DNA of 32,000 nucleotides from Candidatus Paracaedimonas acanthamoebae (GTDB lineage Bacteria; Pseudomonadota; Alphaproteobacteria; Caedimonadales; Caedimonadaceae): NCBI GenBank assembly GCA_000743035.1, contig CP008937.1, positions 116,132 to 148,131 of the forward strand, read 5' to 3'. Shown piece by piece: positions 17,625 to 26,114 of this stretch (position 1 is its first letter; each line of letters starts with the position of its first letter). The notes under the pieces were generated by a model. It saw only the letters and a program-made list of their open reading frames with translations, ran no database searches and was not told where the DNA came from. The position numbers and the translations under genes were made by a program.

Positions 17625-17993
17625 GACGCTAGAAATTGGGCAGGTTTCTAAGGATAAATTTGAGTAATAAGTTTTAAGGATGGCCTTAAAATGATGAAAG
17701 GATTCAGGAGATTGACCACCTTCGAGACAGAGGAAAGGAGAGGCATGAACAATGGTCTCAAGCGCGTCGCTTAAATCTTAGCCTTTAGCCTACTTTTATA
17801 GCTTTTGGAGATGCCTTACTTGACTGACTTTAGCAGGGCCAATAAATATTACTAGAGCCTCCCACAATGCTGAAGAGTTTATGAGGATCCAAGTATGTTC
17901 CATATTGTGGCAATCATGCAAAAACTATTGTATATCATCTTTGGCATTTTAAAAAAGGAACACCCTTTTTTAAGCGCTCGCCTATCAAAATAA
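17625..17993 (+). pseudogene. Heavily degraded IS110-family transposase C-terminal remnant
   Basis: The reading frame ending at 17993 gives ..FHIVAIMQKLLYIIFGILKKEHPF.., resembling the characteristic IS110-family C-terminus (..A.vAvaRKLL.i....Lk...pf). Upstream, broken frames give ERRGMNNGLKRVA*ILAFSL, resembling isk.Gn..LR.aLy.aA. Multiple stops are present. The left boundary is approximate. Confidence 0.4.
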
Positions 17994-18089
17994 ATTATAA
18001 AAAAGGCTTACTACCTAACGCAATATCTTTCCTATTCTCCCACCCCATAATTCATGGTAAAGTTCATTACTTTAAAGAAAGGATAAACG

Positions 18090-18362
18090 ATGAATAAATC
18101 TGAGCTTATAAATGAAATTGCAAAAGTCGTTGCCTCTAAACAAGAAGCTGAGCAAGGTTTTAAGGCTATCTTTGAGTCCATTAAAGAAGCTCTCCAAAAA
18201 GGGGAAGAAGTTCGCCTCACAGGATTTGGAAGCTTCAAAGTGAATGGAAGAGCTGCTCGTACAGGCAGAAATCCAAGAACAGGTGCAGAGATTAAGATTG
18301 CTGCAAGCAAGGTTCCTACTTTTAAGCCAGGGAAAGAACTGAAAGACGCGGTTAACGTTTAA
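18090..18362 (+). CDS. hup: HU/IHF-family nucleoid DNA-binding protein
   Basis: 90-aa ORF MNKSELINEIA...VRLTGFGSFKVNGRAARTGRNPRTGAEIKIAASKVPTFKPGKELKDAVN, the canonical HU fold signature. RBS AAAGGA lies upstream of the ATG. Confidence 0.95.
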   Translation: MNKSELINEIAKVVASKQEAEQGFKAIFESIKEALQKGEEVRLTGFGSFKVNGRAARTGRNPRTGAEIKIAASKVPTFKPGKELKDAVNV

Positions 18363-18381
18363 CCGTCAACAAACCAACGAG

Positions 18382-18412
18382 GAGATAAAGTTTTCACGTT
18401 AACTTTTGTCTC
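18382..18412. terminator. Hairpin between convergent hup and ssb (possible bidirectional terminator)
   Basis: gagataaagtt (18382-18392) pairs with aacttttgtctc (18401-18412), with one G-U pair, one bulge and an 8-nt loop. There is no strong T-run on either side, hence the low confidence. Confidence 0.3.
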
Positions 18413-18448
18413 TTAGCTGCCTCAATATCAAGCCCCCTACTCTACTCC

Positions 18449-18898
18449 TTAAAATGGGATTTCACTTAAAGAGTTATTGGATGAATTTTCAGTATGATTT
18501 CCAGTGCTCATATAACCTAAGGTTGGTCTTGGGTTTTCAGCTTCTGCTCGCCCCTCAAGCATCGTCAGTTCCCCTTTAAACTTTGGAAGCACAACTTCAG
18601 TCGTATATTTCTCTTGGCCTGCTTGGTCAGTCCACTTTCTCGTTTGGAGTTGGCCTTCCACATAAACCTTAGCGCCTTTACGAAGATATTTCTCACAGAC
18701 ATCGGCAATATTGGGATTAAAGACCACAACACGGTGCCATTCTGTTCTATCTTGCCTTTCACCAGTGATCTTGTTTTTCCAAGATTCTGATGTGGCAACA
18801 GAGAGTTGGGCTATTTTTGTGCCATCTTGAGTCATACGTATTTCTGGGTCTTTTCCAAGGTTACCTACCAACACCACTTTATTTACTGAACCTGACAT
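18449..18898 (-). CDS. ssb: Single-stranded DNA-binding protein
   Basis: 149-aa ORF. OB-fold signature VNKVVLVGNLGKDPEIR...TEWHRVVVF...KGAKVYVEGQLQTRKW, a disordered tail, and a C-terminal tip ..LSEIPF (the DDIPF-type acidic tip). Confidence 0.95.
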   Translation of the reverse strand: MSGSVNKVVLVGNLGKDPEIRMTQDGTKIAQLSVATSESWKNKITGERQDRTEWHRVVVFNPNIADVCEKYLRKGAKVYVEGQLQTRKWTDQAGQEKYTTEVVLPKFKGELTMLEGRAEAENPRPTLGYMSTGNHTENSSNNSLSEIPF

Positions 18899-18952
18899 TA
18901 TATGATCCTTTCAAAATTTCTAGTTTGTTGCTTTATATCTACCATCAAAAAT

Positions 18953-19147
18953 AACAAAAAAAACATTAATGTAAAAGTTTACATGTTATAATGTTTGCAT
19001 GTGTAAACATTATAACTTAATAAATTTTAAATATCCATTAATGGCTTAACAGTTGTTAATTATTAATAATGGTTGCTCACAAGAGCTTATAATATGTAAA
19101 CATGTACATGTTTTAATATGTAAATTTTTACATTAATGTTTTTTGTG
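18953..19147. repeat. Large imperfect inverted repeat (about 60-bp arms) flanking an AT-rich about 70-bp spacer; candidate centromere (par site) or origin element
   Basis: The left arm is acaaaaaaaacattaatgtaaaagtttacatgttataatgtttgcatgtgtaaacattataa. The reverse complement of the right arm is cacaaaaaacattaatgtaaaaatttacatattaaaacatgtacatgtttacatattataa. The arms are built from TGTAAA(C)/TGTACAT units. It lies between ssb and the RHH partition gene. Confidence 0.75.
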
Positions 19148-19155
19148 TTTTTATT

Positions 19156-19431
19156 TTATTTAGAAGACCTCATATCGTGAATAAACCTATCGTCAATATT
19201 TAGCCCTAATAATTTTAATCCTTTTAAAATTACTGTTCTTTCTGTTTCTCCGGGGTGATCTGCAACATACTGCTTTATTTGTCTTTTTATTCTATACGGC
19301 ACTTCTGCCGTTAATCTAACCATTTTTTCATCAAGGGTATTATAAATTTTGTTTACTTCAAGTTCAGTTGAAGCAACAGTTACGGTAGCATGTGGCACTT
19401 TATTAAGAATTGAATCTAATTTCTTACTCAT
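19156..19431 (-). CDS. Small ribbon-helix-helix protein downstream of parA; ParG-like centromere-binding partition protein
   Basis: 91-aa ORF. C-terminal RHH pattern MVRLTAEVPYRIKRQIKQYVADHPGETERTVILKGLKLLG (strand, helix, helix) after a probably flexible N-terminal tail. Its position directly after a small Walker-type ParA is typical of type Ib partition loci. Confidence 0.7.
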   Translation of the reverse strand: MSKKLDSILNKVPHATVTVASTELEVNKIYNTLDEKMVRLTAEVPYRIKRQIKQYVADHPGETERTVILKGLKLLGLNIDDRFIHDMRSSK

Positions 19432-19505
19432 TTCATTCTCTTGTTAATCTTTAAATGTTTACAAGTTTACATATACACATCTTTAAATGTTTAAATATGT
19501 TAACC

Positions 19506-20150
19506 TTAAACGAGATTATTGATTTCTCCCACCACTCTAGATATGTCTCGTGCAGCAGGGCTTTCAGGATCTGTCAAACTAGGAGATAGGCCTTGAATAG
19601 CAGCTTCAGGATATGCAACTCTATGATAAAGCTCGTTTTCTAGTAGAGAGTATCCCATACTTTTAAGTTCTTCACGAACATGCCTTGAAATTACAGTTCC
19701 TTGCTGGGTCATTGTTAACACCATCCTATACTTGATATGATTATTAACTCTCTCAGGAGTTTCATTTAGTTCTTTTATCAAGTCATAAGTCTCAAGGGCA
19801 CCGGCAACATCATCTGCTGAAGGTTTCAACGGTATTAATGCAATGTCGGTTGCAATTAAAGCTTTAATAGTTGTTCGGTTTCTAAAACCTCCTGTGTCTA
19901 CTAATATAATACTACATGATCGTTTCATTTCTTCGATTGTATCATTGACAGTCTCTTCAGGTTGGGCGATAATTGGCATATCTTTTAATAGTCCTTCAGG
20001 ATTATGTCTTGTAATAATGCTTCCTTGAGGGTCAGCATCAATTACTCCTACTTTTATACCTAAATTATACCAATGGCACGCAAGACTTCTAGCAAGCGTA
20101 GTTTTACCAGCTCCTCCTTTTGATGTTGCTAAGGTAATTACTTTTGTCAT
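19506..20150 (-). CDS. parA: ParA-family partition ATPase (small, type Ib-like)
   Basis: Deviant Walker A KGGAGKTT in MTKVITLATSKGGAGKTTLARSLA...VIDADPQGS. The ATG at 20150 is preceded by AGGAG 7 nt upstream. The 17-codon extension to 20201 in the ORF track runs through palindromic operator-like DNA and is rejected. Confidence 0.92.
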   Translation of the reverse strand: MTKVITLATSKGGAGKTTLARSLACHWYNLGIKVGVIDADPQGSIITRHNPEGLLKDMPIIAQPEETVNDTIEEMKRSCSIILVDTGGFRNRTTIKALIATDIALIPLKPSADDVAGALETYDLIKELNETPERVNNHIKYRMVLTMTQQGTVISRHVREELKSMGYSLLENELYHRVAYPEAAIQGLSPSLTDPESPAARDISRVVGEINNLV

Positions 20151-20282
20151 TTTAACTCCTAAAATTATTATGTAAACCAACAAACATGTACATATGTACA
20201 CTTGTAAATATTAAAATAAGTAAACTTATATATGTGTTTATTATATTAACTTTACGGGTACAAACATTTACATATTACAATT

Positions 20283-20312
20283 TGTACATGTTAAAATATT
20301 TTAACATGTACA
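20283..20312. promoter_or_regulatory. Perfect 30-bp palindrome in the parA / RHH-gene divergent control region (candidate operator)
   Basis: TGTACATGTTAAAATATTTTAACATGTACA is its own reverse complement. A related 14-bp palindrome TGTACATATGTACA lies at 20187-20200. The same TGTACA/TGTAAAC words recur at 18953-19147 and 19447-19493. Confidence 0.7.
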
Positions 20313-20406
20313 TATAAACACACAATAGATTCCATGGGAATACAAAATATTCTCTTTACACACATTTTAGGATTGTTTAATACTTTAATAAAAATGGGTT
20401 TATTTT

Positions 20407-20610
20407 ATGAGTAGAAGATCAAGAACAGAAATTAGTACTAAAGTTAGCTTATCACTACCTAACGTAATGTTAGAAGAAATTGATATATTATGCGCTGCGA
20501 ATTTCATGACACGCTCATCATGGTTTCTGCAAGCAGCTAGAGAAAAATTAGAGAAAGAAAGGCTAGAAAAATCAAAGAACTTAATTAGTCATCTTAAAGA
20601 TTTAGAATAA
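20407..20610 (+). CDS. Ribbon-helix-helix (CopG/Arc/MetJ-like) transcriptional regulator
   Basis: 67-aa ORF. KVSLSLPNVMLEEIDILCAANFMTRSSWFLQAAREKLEKE fits the strand-helix-helix pattern. It lies upstream of a Rep-like gene, as plasmid copy-control repressors do. Confidence 0.7.
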   Translation: MSRRSRTEISTKVSLSLPNVMLEEIDILCAANFMTRSSWFLQAAREKLEKERLEKSKNLISHLKDLE

Positions 20611-20611
20611 T

Positions 20612-20645
20612 AAAAGCCCGGGTGCAACCGAGCTTTTATTTTTAT
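20612..20645 (+). terminator. Rho-independent terminator after the RHH gene
   Basis: aaaagcccgg (20612-20621) pairs with ccgagctttt (20628-20637), with one mismatch and a 6-nt loop, followed by atttttat. Confidence 0.6.
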
Positions 20646-20739
20646 AAAGGTGCCACTTACAGCATCCAAGTATCAACACCAACATTATCGAATTTGATCG
20701 ATTTTGTCAATAGGAGAAGCTTGTTTGTAGCACCTCAAC

Positions 20740-22011
20740 ATGAGGAGAAAACAAATGAGTGTTTTACCTAATAAGGGTTTGTACTCGAAAAAATCATTCG
20801 TAATTTTATGTTACCGTCCCCAAGAACCTGGGTTAAATTCACCATATTTAGGGCTGCTAAGAGGCCAACTAGAGTACTGGTTTTCTAAGAAACCTAATGG
20901 CTTTTATAAATTTTTAGAGCCTTGTAAACATCCTTTATACAAAGCAGGGGATAGCTGGACAGAGGAACTTGGATTTTCACGACGTATATTTAATACTCTT
21001 TTTGATTCCATAGGCATTCGTTACAATAGCAAAACAGCTTTCAAAGAGGCCAAAGATAAATTCCAAGGTAAACTCTATGCAAGCTATCACGATCGAAAAA
21101 CCAATAAAATGTTCTTTGTTCGTAATACGGAGATACATCAACAAACAGAAAAAGAATTACCGATAAAAGACGCTTCAAATCCTAAAAATAACCCTCAAAA
21201 AAGGTCTGTATCTAAAGAAAAAACAATCCATAAAAGTACTAATAATTCTCATTCAAACAACCGTTCCAGTAACGACACAAACAGCCATTCCTATGGGGGG
21301 ACTATAGGGGGGGAGAATAATGATTTTACAGAAAGTACTTCATCTTCTTTAGCACAAAAGGTTGAAGCTAAAAACTCAGATGCTCACGCTGAATCAAAAA
21401 AAATAGCAGAAGAAATGAAAAATATTTGGATGGAAGAAATTGGGAGCTTAGATGTTACCTTCCTTTCAAATACTCTCATCACAAGTCTGAATGAAGCCTT
21501 CAAAGTAACCTTTGAAAGTTCCTTTGACCTTTGGCGAACGTACTGCCGCCAAATTGCATCTTCCAAGTTCCTGATGGGAGAGAAGAAGAATACAAGTTTT
21601 AAGGCTAAGCTCTCATGGGCCATCCAGCATGAAAGCTTTGAAAGAATTCAGGCAGGGGATTTTACTCTGGGGGATCGAGAAGTTGTTTTAAGCAAAGACC
21701 AACAACAAAAGGAAGCTGAGAGAGTTATTCAGGAAACTAGGCAAGAATTCTTAGAACTTCCAAGACATCCTTTATGGATTAAAGCATGCTTGCTTTTAAC
21801 TGAAAGGGTAGGGGGCAATACCGCTAAATATTTCCAAGAGTTAGACTTAACTTATCTAGGAAACAATAATTCCAATGAATATATAGCTGAGCTTAAAGCC
21901 TCAAGCAGATTTTATAAAGATTATCTCCAAAAAAAGTATGAGAAAGAAATTCAAAGAGCTTTAGAAGAGATTAATAGCACAAAAATTAATTATCTTAGCT
22001 TTACTGTTTGA
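20740..22011 (+). CDS. Plasmid/phage replication-associated protein (Rep-like) with C-terminal DnaA domain-I-like module
   Basis: 423-aa ORF, paralogous to 29436-30881. Compare IAEEMKNIWMEEIG..YCRQIASSKFLMGE..WAI..FERIQAGDFTLGDR with IANEMKEIWMEEIS..YCRKIASSKFLMGE..WAIKAETYQKVESGQFTLGDR. The C-terminus HPLWIKACLLLTERVG... begins at 21766. AGGAG precedes a second ATG at 20755 (MSVLPNK), the likely true start. Confidence 0.75.
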   Translation: MRRKQMSVLPNKGLYSKKSFVILCYRPQEPGLNSPYLGLLRGQLEYWFSKKPNGFYKFLEPCKHPLYKAGDSWTEELGFSRRIFNTLFDSIGIRYNSKTAFKEAKDKFQGKLYASYHDRKTNKMFFVRNTEIHQQTEKELPIKDASNPKNNPQKRSVSKEKTIHKSTNNSHSNNRSSNDTNSHSYGGTIGGENNDFTESTSSSLAQKVEAKNSDAHAESKKIAEEMKNIWMEEIGSLDVTFLSNTLITSLNEAFKVTFESSFDLWRTYCRQIASSKFLMGEKKNTSFKAKLSWAIQHESFERIQAGDFTLGDREVVLSKDQQQKEAERVIQETRQEFLELPRHPLWIKACLLLTERVGGNTAKYFQELDLTYLGNNNSNEYIAELKASSRFYKDYLQKKYEKEIQRALEEINSTKINYLSFTV

Positions 22012-22977
22012 GAGATAGGATGAAGAAAAAAAGAGAACAATGTAATGTTTGCTATTTTTAAGAATAAAGAGTTTCATGCTGAGATTAGGGATAAATTTAC
22101 TTCTGATGAGTATATAAACCCTGAGGAATTCAACCATGAATTTATTAACAAACTATTAATATCACCTTAACAATACCTTACTAATTGATTAATGGTACGT
22201 TAATAGTTTAAAAAAGCGAGATATAAGACTTTTATCGCAATAAATGAGATAAAACATAATGAAATCAACAACTTTTTACTTGATATTTTTAAAATGATTC
22301 TTATATACTACATTTAGTAAGAGCAGCAGGGGGCTGCCATAGTCTTCAGAAATACAGTTCTAAAAGCTCATAGGGGAGGGAGCTTTAGGTAGAATAAAAA
22401 GAAATAATAATACCTAGATAGAAGAACTAAGAATATATTAAACAGGGAAGGCTTAAAGGCTCACAGTCACCCCCACCAATTCTCTCTCTTTAATTCACCT
22501 TATACAAATTCTTAAAAAACACAGCTTACATTTATATGTGATGATTTATATGGCATCTTGCTATGATGAAAAATTGGAAGTAACCTTCTCAAAGTAAAAC
22601 AAATATGGGGTGTTTCTTGGGAGAGACAATAAAAGTTTCTGGCTATGCTTTAATGGCCTTATCTATGTTTATCTAAGCTCTTTGTAAAGCTATAAAGAAA
22701 TATTTTAGTTATGAATATGAACCTTTACAAATCATCTTTTTAGGTCAACATGAACTCATTAAACTTTATATATTGTTCAATATATCCATGGGTGCACTAT
22801 ATGTCCAATAAGCCTAACTCTACCGTATAGATATCTTCCTACTCTTATTCTCCAGCATAAGGATGTCTTCAATTTCTCCTTGAGGGGAGCATTTCTAGCC
22901 CAACAATACAAAACAATTGACTCACATAGACCTGGATTTATAGTTTACCCTATATCCAGCTGCTAAGGAGGAAGCAC

Positions 22978-23718
22978 ATGGGAAAAAAGATTTTATCATG
23001 GGTTGTTATTATTTCACAGGTCTATGCGTCTTGTGCACAGGCCACAAGCACCTTGGTTGAGCAGGAGCAAAAAGGATCTTCAACAGCTCGTATTGTTCCT
23101 CAAGGAATTTCACCCATCTCTCCTGAGAAAAGTTTAACCTCTTCTGTTAAGAATAAGGTTGAGTGGAAAGAGACAGGCATTGATGTCACTACAAATCCTT
23201 GCAAATGGGATTATCAGCTGATTAGTAAAGAAATTCCGATTGTTTCAAACACACCTTTTGAACTGGACTTTGAAGTTTATCTTAAGCAAGGCGGCTTTGG
23301 TGTGAAATTTCTCTCGCAAGATCGAAAGAAATTTCTAGGCGCTAAGTACTATCAAAAACCTGGCCTTGTTAAAGATACGCTCAAACTTCCTTTTGGGGTT
23401 TCTAATAAAAGTATTTACCTTGTTTTTACAAACAGCCTCCTAGAACCCGGCGTGTCGCGCTTTATCATTAAGAATTATGCTTTAACTCAGCCTCTGCTTC
23501 CTCCTGAAAAAATCCTCACACCCTTTTCACCGCAAAGTGTTGAGCGCACAGACAAGGGAATTGAGGTTATTACCAATCCTGGCAAATTGGATTATCAGCT
23601 GATCAGCAAGCCGATTCCCCTGACGCTGGCCTCTGCTCTTGAGCTAGCCTTTGAAGCAGACCTCAAAGAAGGAGGCTTTGCTGTAAAGTTCCTCTCCCAT
23701 GATAAGAAGAAATTTTAG
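22978..23718 (+). CDS. N-terminal fragment of a large secreted protein (signal peptide plus first copy and part of the second copy of an about 130-aa repeated domain); interrupted by a frameshift and continues in 23802-26111
   Basis: Strong RBS AAGGAGG before the ATG at 22978. Signal peptide MGKKILSWVVIISQVYASCAQA. The domain GIDVTTNPCKWDYQLISKEIP...GGFGVKFLSQDRKKFLGAKYYQKPGLVKDTLKLPFG..IYLVFTNSLLEPGVSRFIIKNYALTQP repeats as GIEVITNPGKLDYQLISKPIP...GGFAVKFLSHDKKKF*. The rest of copy 2 continues in another frame from about 23712. Confidence 0.8.
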   Translation: MGKKILSWVVIISQVYASCAQATSTLVEQEQKGSSTARIVPQGISPISPEKSLTSSVKNKVEWKETGIDVTTNPCKWDYQLISKEIPIVSNTPFELDFEVYLKQGGFGVKFLSQDRKKFLGAKYYQKPGLVKDTLKLPFGVSNKSIYLVFTNSLLEPGVSRFIIKNYALTQPLLPPEKILTPFSPQSVERTDKGIEVITNPGKLDYQLISKPIPLTLASALELAFEADLKEGGFAVKFLSHDKKKF

Positions 23719-23801
23719 CCTCTAAGTACTATCAAAAACCCGCCCTTGTTAAGGATACCCTCAAGCTTCCCTTTGGAACTGATGATGAAAGTATCTACCT
23801 T

Positions 23802-26111
23802 GTGTTTACAAATAATTTGCTAGAGCCAGGCGTGTCTCATTTCATTATTAAGGATTATGCTTTAATTCAACCAAGTCCTCCACAATCTTCACTCCAAAGT
23901 AAGTTACCATCGCAATCTTTACCTTTACAGGAAATAGTGAGAAAGGAACTTCCTTCTCAGCCCGGTTTTATCTATAACTTTCCACCACAACCTCTTTATA
24001 ATCCTTGGCCTGGTGCTTCTCAAGCAGATGTCACCTTTGAAGTCGAAAAGCTTGAGGATAAGAGTCTTTATTTTATTGGACGTGAAAACAACAACATTAT
24101 CTTAGACCATACCAGTCTGCCAGACCAACTTCAGACTGTTCGCAAAGGTCCCTTCCAGTTAGAACGACACGATGATCTTATTTTTTGGTCTTACCTTGGG
24201 CTTGATCATACTAGAATGACTTTTGCCGTGAAAGAAAATGGCGATATCATATTTTTGCCTCTAAAAACAGAGACCGGGTACCAAGCGCATAAAGTTTGGA
24301 GCTTTAGAACGACAGGAACCATTATTAACCAAGCAGATTCTTGCTTTTATTTTTCTTACTTCCAGGCTTCACAAATTCATAATTTTCGTTTGCTGAAGTG
24401 TTTTGGCCTGGAGTCGCAGCAATCTTACTTTTTCAATAAGGGAGTCCTGCATTTAGGGGATGACACGGGGATAGCGTCTCTAAGCGTGTATCAAGAATAT
24501 TTGCCACTCATTGATGAAAAGGCTGAACCTCATTACCAAAAAGATGTGATTGATGATCATGGGGTTACACTTGCTGAGAAAGGTCTTAAGATTGGACACA
24601 TGACCCATCGTGTTCATCGCTTTACTGAGGCCCAAAAGCTAGAGCTTGATGAAGCGCCTCTTGAGGTTTATCAACAACTCAATGTTGAAGGCCCGATTAC
24701 CGGTACCACGCCTTCCATGATCAATCATGGCAGCATGAGTGCGCATGCGATGACATCAAGCCTGAGTGTTCAAGATTGGATCAACAAGGGTGAAGTTCGC
24801 CTGTCACTACCCTCTGGGATTCGAGCTCAAAATGAGATGGACAACAGCGGTGTTATCCGCAGTATAAGTAGCATCACACTGAGCTCCCGCAAGAAGCCTA
24901 AATCTTTGGGCATGGTGATTTCCGATGATCAAATTAAAGCGATGATCGACGATATTCTCACGCTTGAGGAGCAAGAGCTTGTCTTTGGAAATGCCCGCTT
25001 TTTGTCGAAAAAGCGCAGGCTTGTTGTTGATATGGTCCATCATACAGACCACTATTTAAACACGATCACCCATCATTATGTCCAAGATAGAGGGTTGCAA
25101 CGATTAATAAGGAAAACCGAGACAGGCTATGTCTTTCAGAAGCGGACTTCTGAAAGGTCTCAAAAAGTCATTGAAAAAGGCGTTATAGACATCCCTGAAG
25201 AAATCGAGGTCTTGGATCGAGCCTTTCATGATCGCCAGCGCCTTTTATCAAAATTGAGAGAAGGGATCAAAGATCGCATACGTGAGCTGATGCGTTTTTA
25301 TAGCGGCATTCAAGACCTCAGCCGAATGTTATCCTCTGTGCTTTCTGGCATGGGGCTGGATAGCGAGGAAGTGAGCGACATTACGAATGACCCTAGCCTC
25401 CAATCTCTTCTGTTAGCTTTGGGCTTGCCAGAGAAGGATGCGCTTGGACTTGTGGAGTCAGATGATTTTCAATTAAAACCTCTTTATCTCAGTATCCTCA
25501 CTGATGCCAAGAGGATAGGCCTTGCCGCTTACGAATGGATAAAAACAAATGGCTTAGAGTTTATTGAAAAATACTGCGCAGCAGCACAACTTGCAAGCAA
25601 ATCGAGTAAACCACAGGTAAAAATTGCAGGTACCATCGGATCAAGCATTTGCTTGACAGATAAAACAATGGGACGTTTTCCCAAGCTTGAAGCTCATATA
25701 AGAAAATTGCAGGAGGCAAAAGCAGGTCCGGTGGCTGCCTCAAGCAGTAGTACTAAGGAAGCACTACATGGATCTTCTCAAACGCCAAAAAATGTTGCTT
25801 TGCATGAAAAACAGAAGGTAGAGTTAAGAAGAGAAATGCAAGCTCCCCATGTCGAAGATACAGTTTTAAAAAGGACAATAGAAGATAATTATAAACCAAC
25901 AGCAAAAGTAGGAAGTGGAAGCACTGCAGATGCAGTTAGATATGAAATTAGAACTGGAAAACCTGTTGGTGATAGATTTCATACACAAAAAACTCAGCAG
26001 ACAATACGCAGGCTCGAAAAGTGGCTGAGAAAAAATCCAACTGCTCGTCCAGGAGATAGGGGCGCTGCAGAGAATATTTTAAGAGATGTTAAGGAAGCAT
26101 TAGGAAAATAG
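23802..26111 (+). CDS. C-terminal fragment of the same large protein; ends in a compact polymorphic-toxin-like C-terminal module
   Basis: 769-aa ORF (GTG at 23802). Its frame is open and homologous from about 23712 (ILASKYYQKPALVKDTLKLPFGTDDESIYLVFTNNLLEPGVSHFIIKDYALIQP). The last approximately 90 aa (..KVGSGSTADAVRYEIRTGKPVGDRFHTQKTQQTIRRLEKWLRKNP..GAAENILRDVKEALGK) form a discrete basic tip. A small gene follows 3 nt downstream. The pre-tip junction sequence is repeated at 26537-26683. Confidence 0.8.
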   Translation: MFTNNLLEPGVSHFIIKDYALIQPSPPQSSLQSKLPSQSLPLQEIVRKELPSQPGFIYNFPPQPLYNPWPGASQADVTFEVEKLEDKSLYFIGRENNNIILDHTSLPDQLQTVRKGPFQLERHDDLIFWSYLGLDHTRMTFAVKENGDIIFLPLKTETGYQAHKVWSFRTTGTIINQADSCFYFSYFQASQIHNFRLLKCFGLESQQSYFFNKGVLHLGDDTGIASLSVYQEYLPLIDEKAEPHYQKDVIDDHGVTLAEKGLKIGHMTHRVHRFTEAQKLELDEAPLEVYQQLNVEGPITGTTPSMINHGSMSAHAMTSSLSVQDWINKGEVRLSLPSGIRAQNEMDNSGVIRSISSITLSSRKKPKSLGMVISDDQIKAMIDDILTLEEQELVFGNARFLSKKRRLVVDMVHHTDHYLNTITHHYVQDRGLQRLIRKTETGYVFQKRTSERSQKVIEKGVIDIPEEIEVLDRAFHDRQRLLSKLREGIKDRIRELMRFYSGIQDLSRMLSSVLSGMGLDSEEVSDITNDPSLQSLLLALGLPEKDALGLVESDDFQLKPLYLSILTDAKRIGLAAYEWIKTNGLEFIEKYCAAAQLASKSSKPQVKIAGTIGSSICLTDKTMGRFPKLEAHIRKLQEAKAGPVAASSSSTKEALHGSSQTPKNVALHEKQKVELRREMQAPHVEDTVLKRTIEDNYKPTAKVGSGSTADAVRYEIRTGKPVGDRFHTQKTQQTIRRLEKWLRKNPTARPGDRGAAENILRDVKEALGK

Positions 26112-26114
26112 TAA

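Noticed and set aside
18032-18798. Track ORFs 18032-18310(-) and 18565-18798(-)
   Set aside because: The first is antisense to the canonical HU gene. The second is an out-of-frame ORF inside ssb. Both host genes have unmistakable family signatures.
20151-20201. 17-codon N-terminal extension of ParA (MYICTCLLVYIIILGVK) given by the ORF track; also ORF 19843-20028(+)
   Set aside because: The extension runs through the TGTACATATGTACA palindrome and lacks an RBS. The ATG at 20150 has AGGAG at ideal spacing and yields the canonical ParA N-terminus. The plus-strand ORF is an antisense shadow.
22012-22977. About 1 kb without a long ORF between the Rep-like gene and the toxin-carrier gene. It contains a possible 41-codon ORF starting at 22045 and small hairpins such as gcagcagggggctgc and ctaaaagctc..gagctttag
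   Set aside because: I could not find a convincing promoter, RBS and terminator set, an RNA-gene signature, or a recognisable pseudogene translation in any frame. It is left unannotated. It could hold regulatory or decayed sequence.
23710-23718. Programmed -1 ribosomal frameshift at AAATTTT joining the two halves of the large gene
   Set aside because: The heptamer is not in the X XXY YYZ phase relative to the upstream frame (codons are AAA TTT TAG). I see no obvious downstream stimulatory structure. Comparison with the intact first domain copy points to a simple 1-nt deletion or a sequencing error.
21384-25743. Track ORFs 21384-21623(-), 24807-25052(-) and 25561-25743(-)
   Set aside because: They are antisense shadows within the Rep-like gene and the large toxin-carrier gene.
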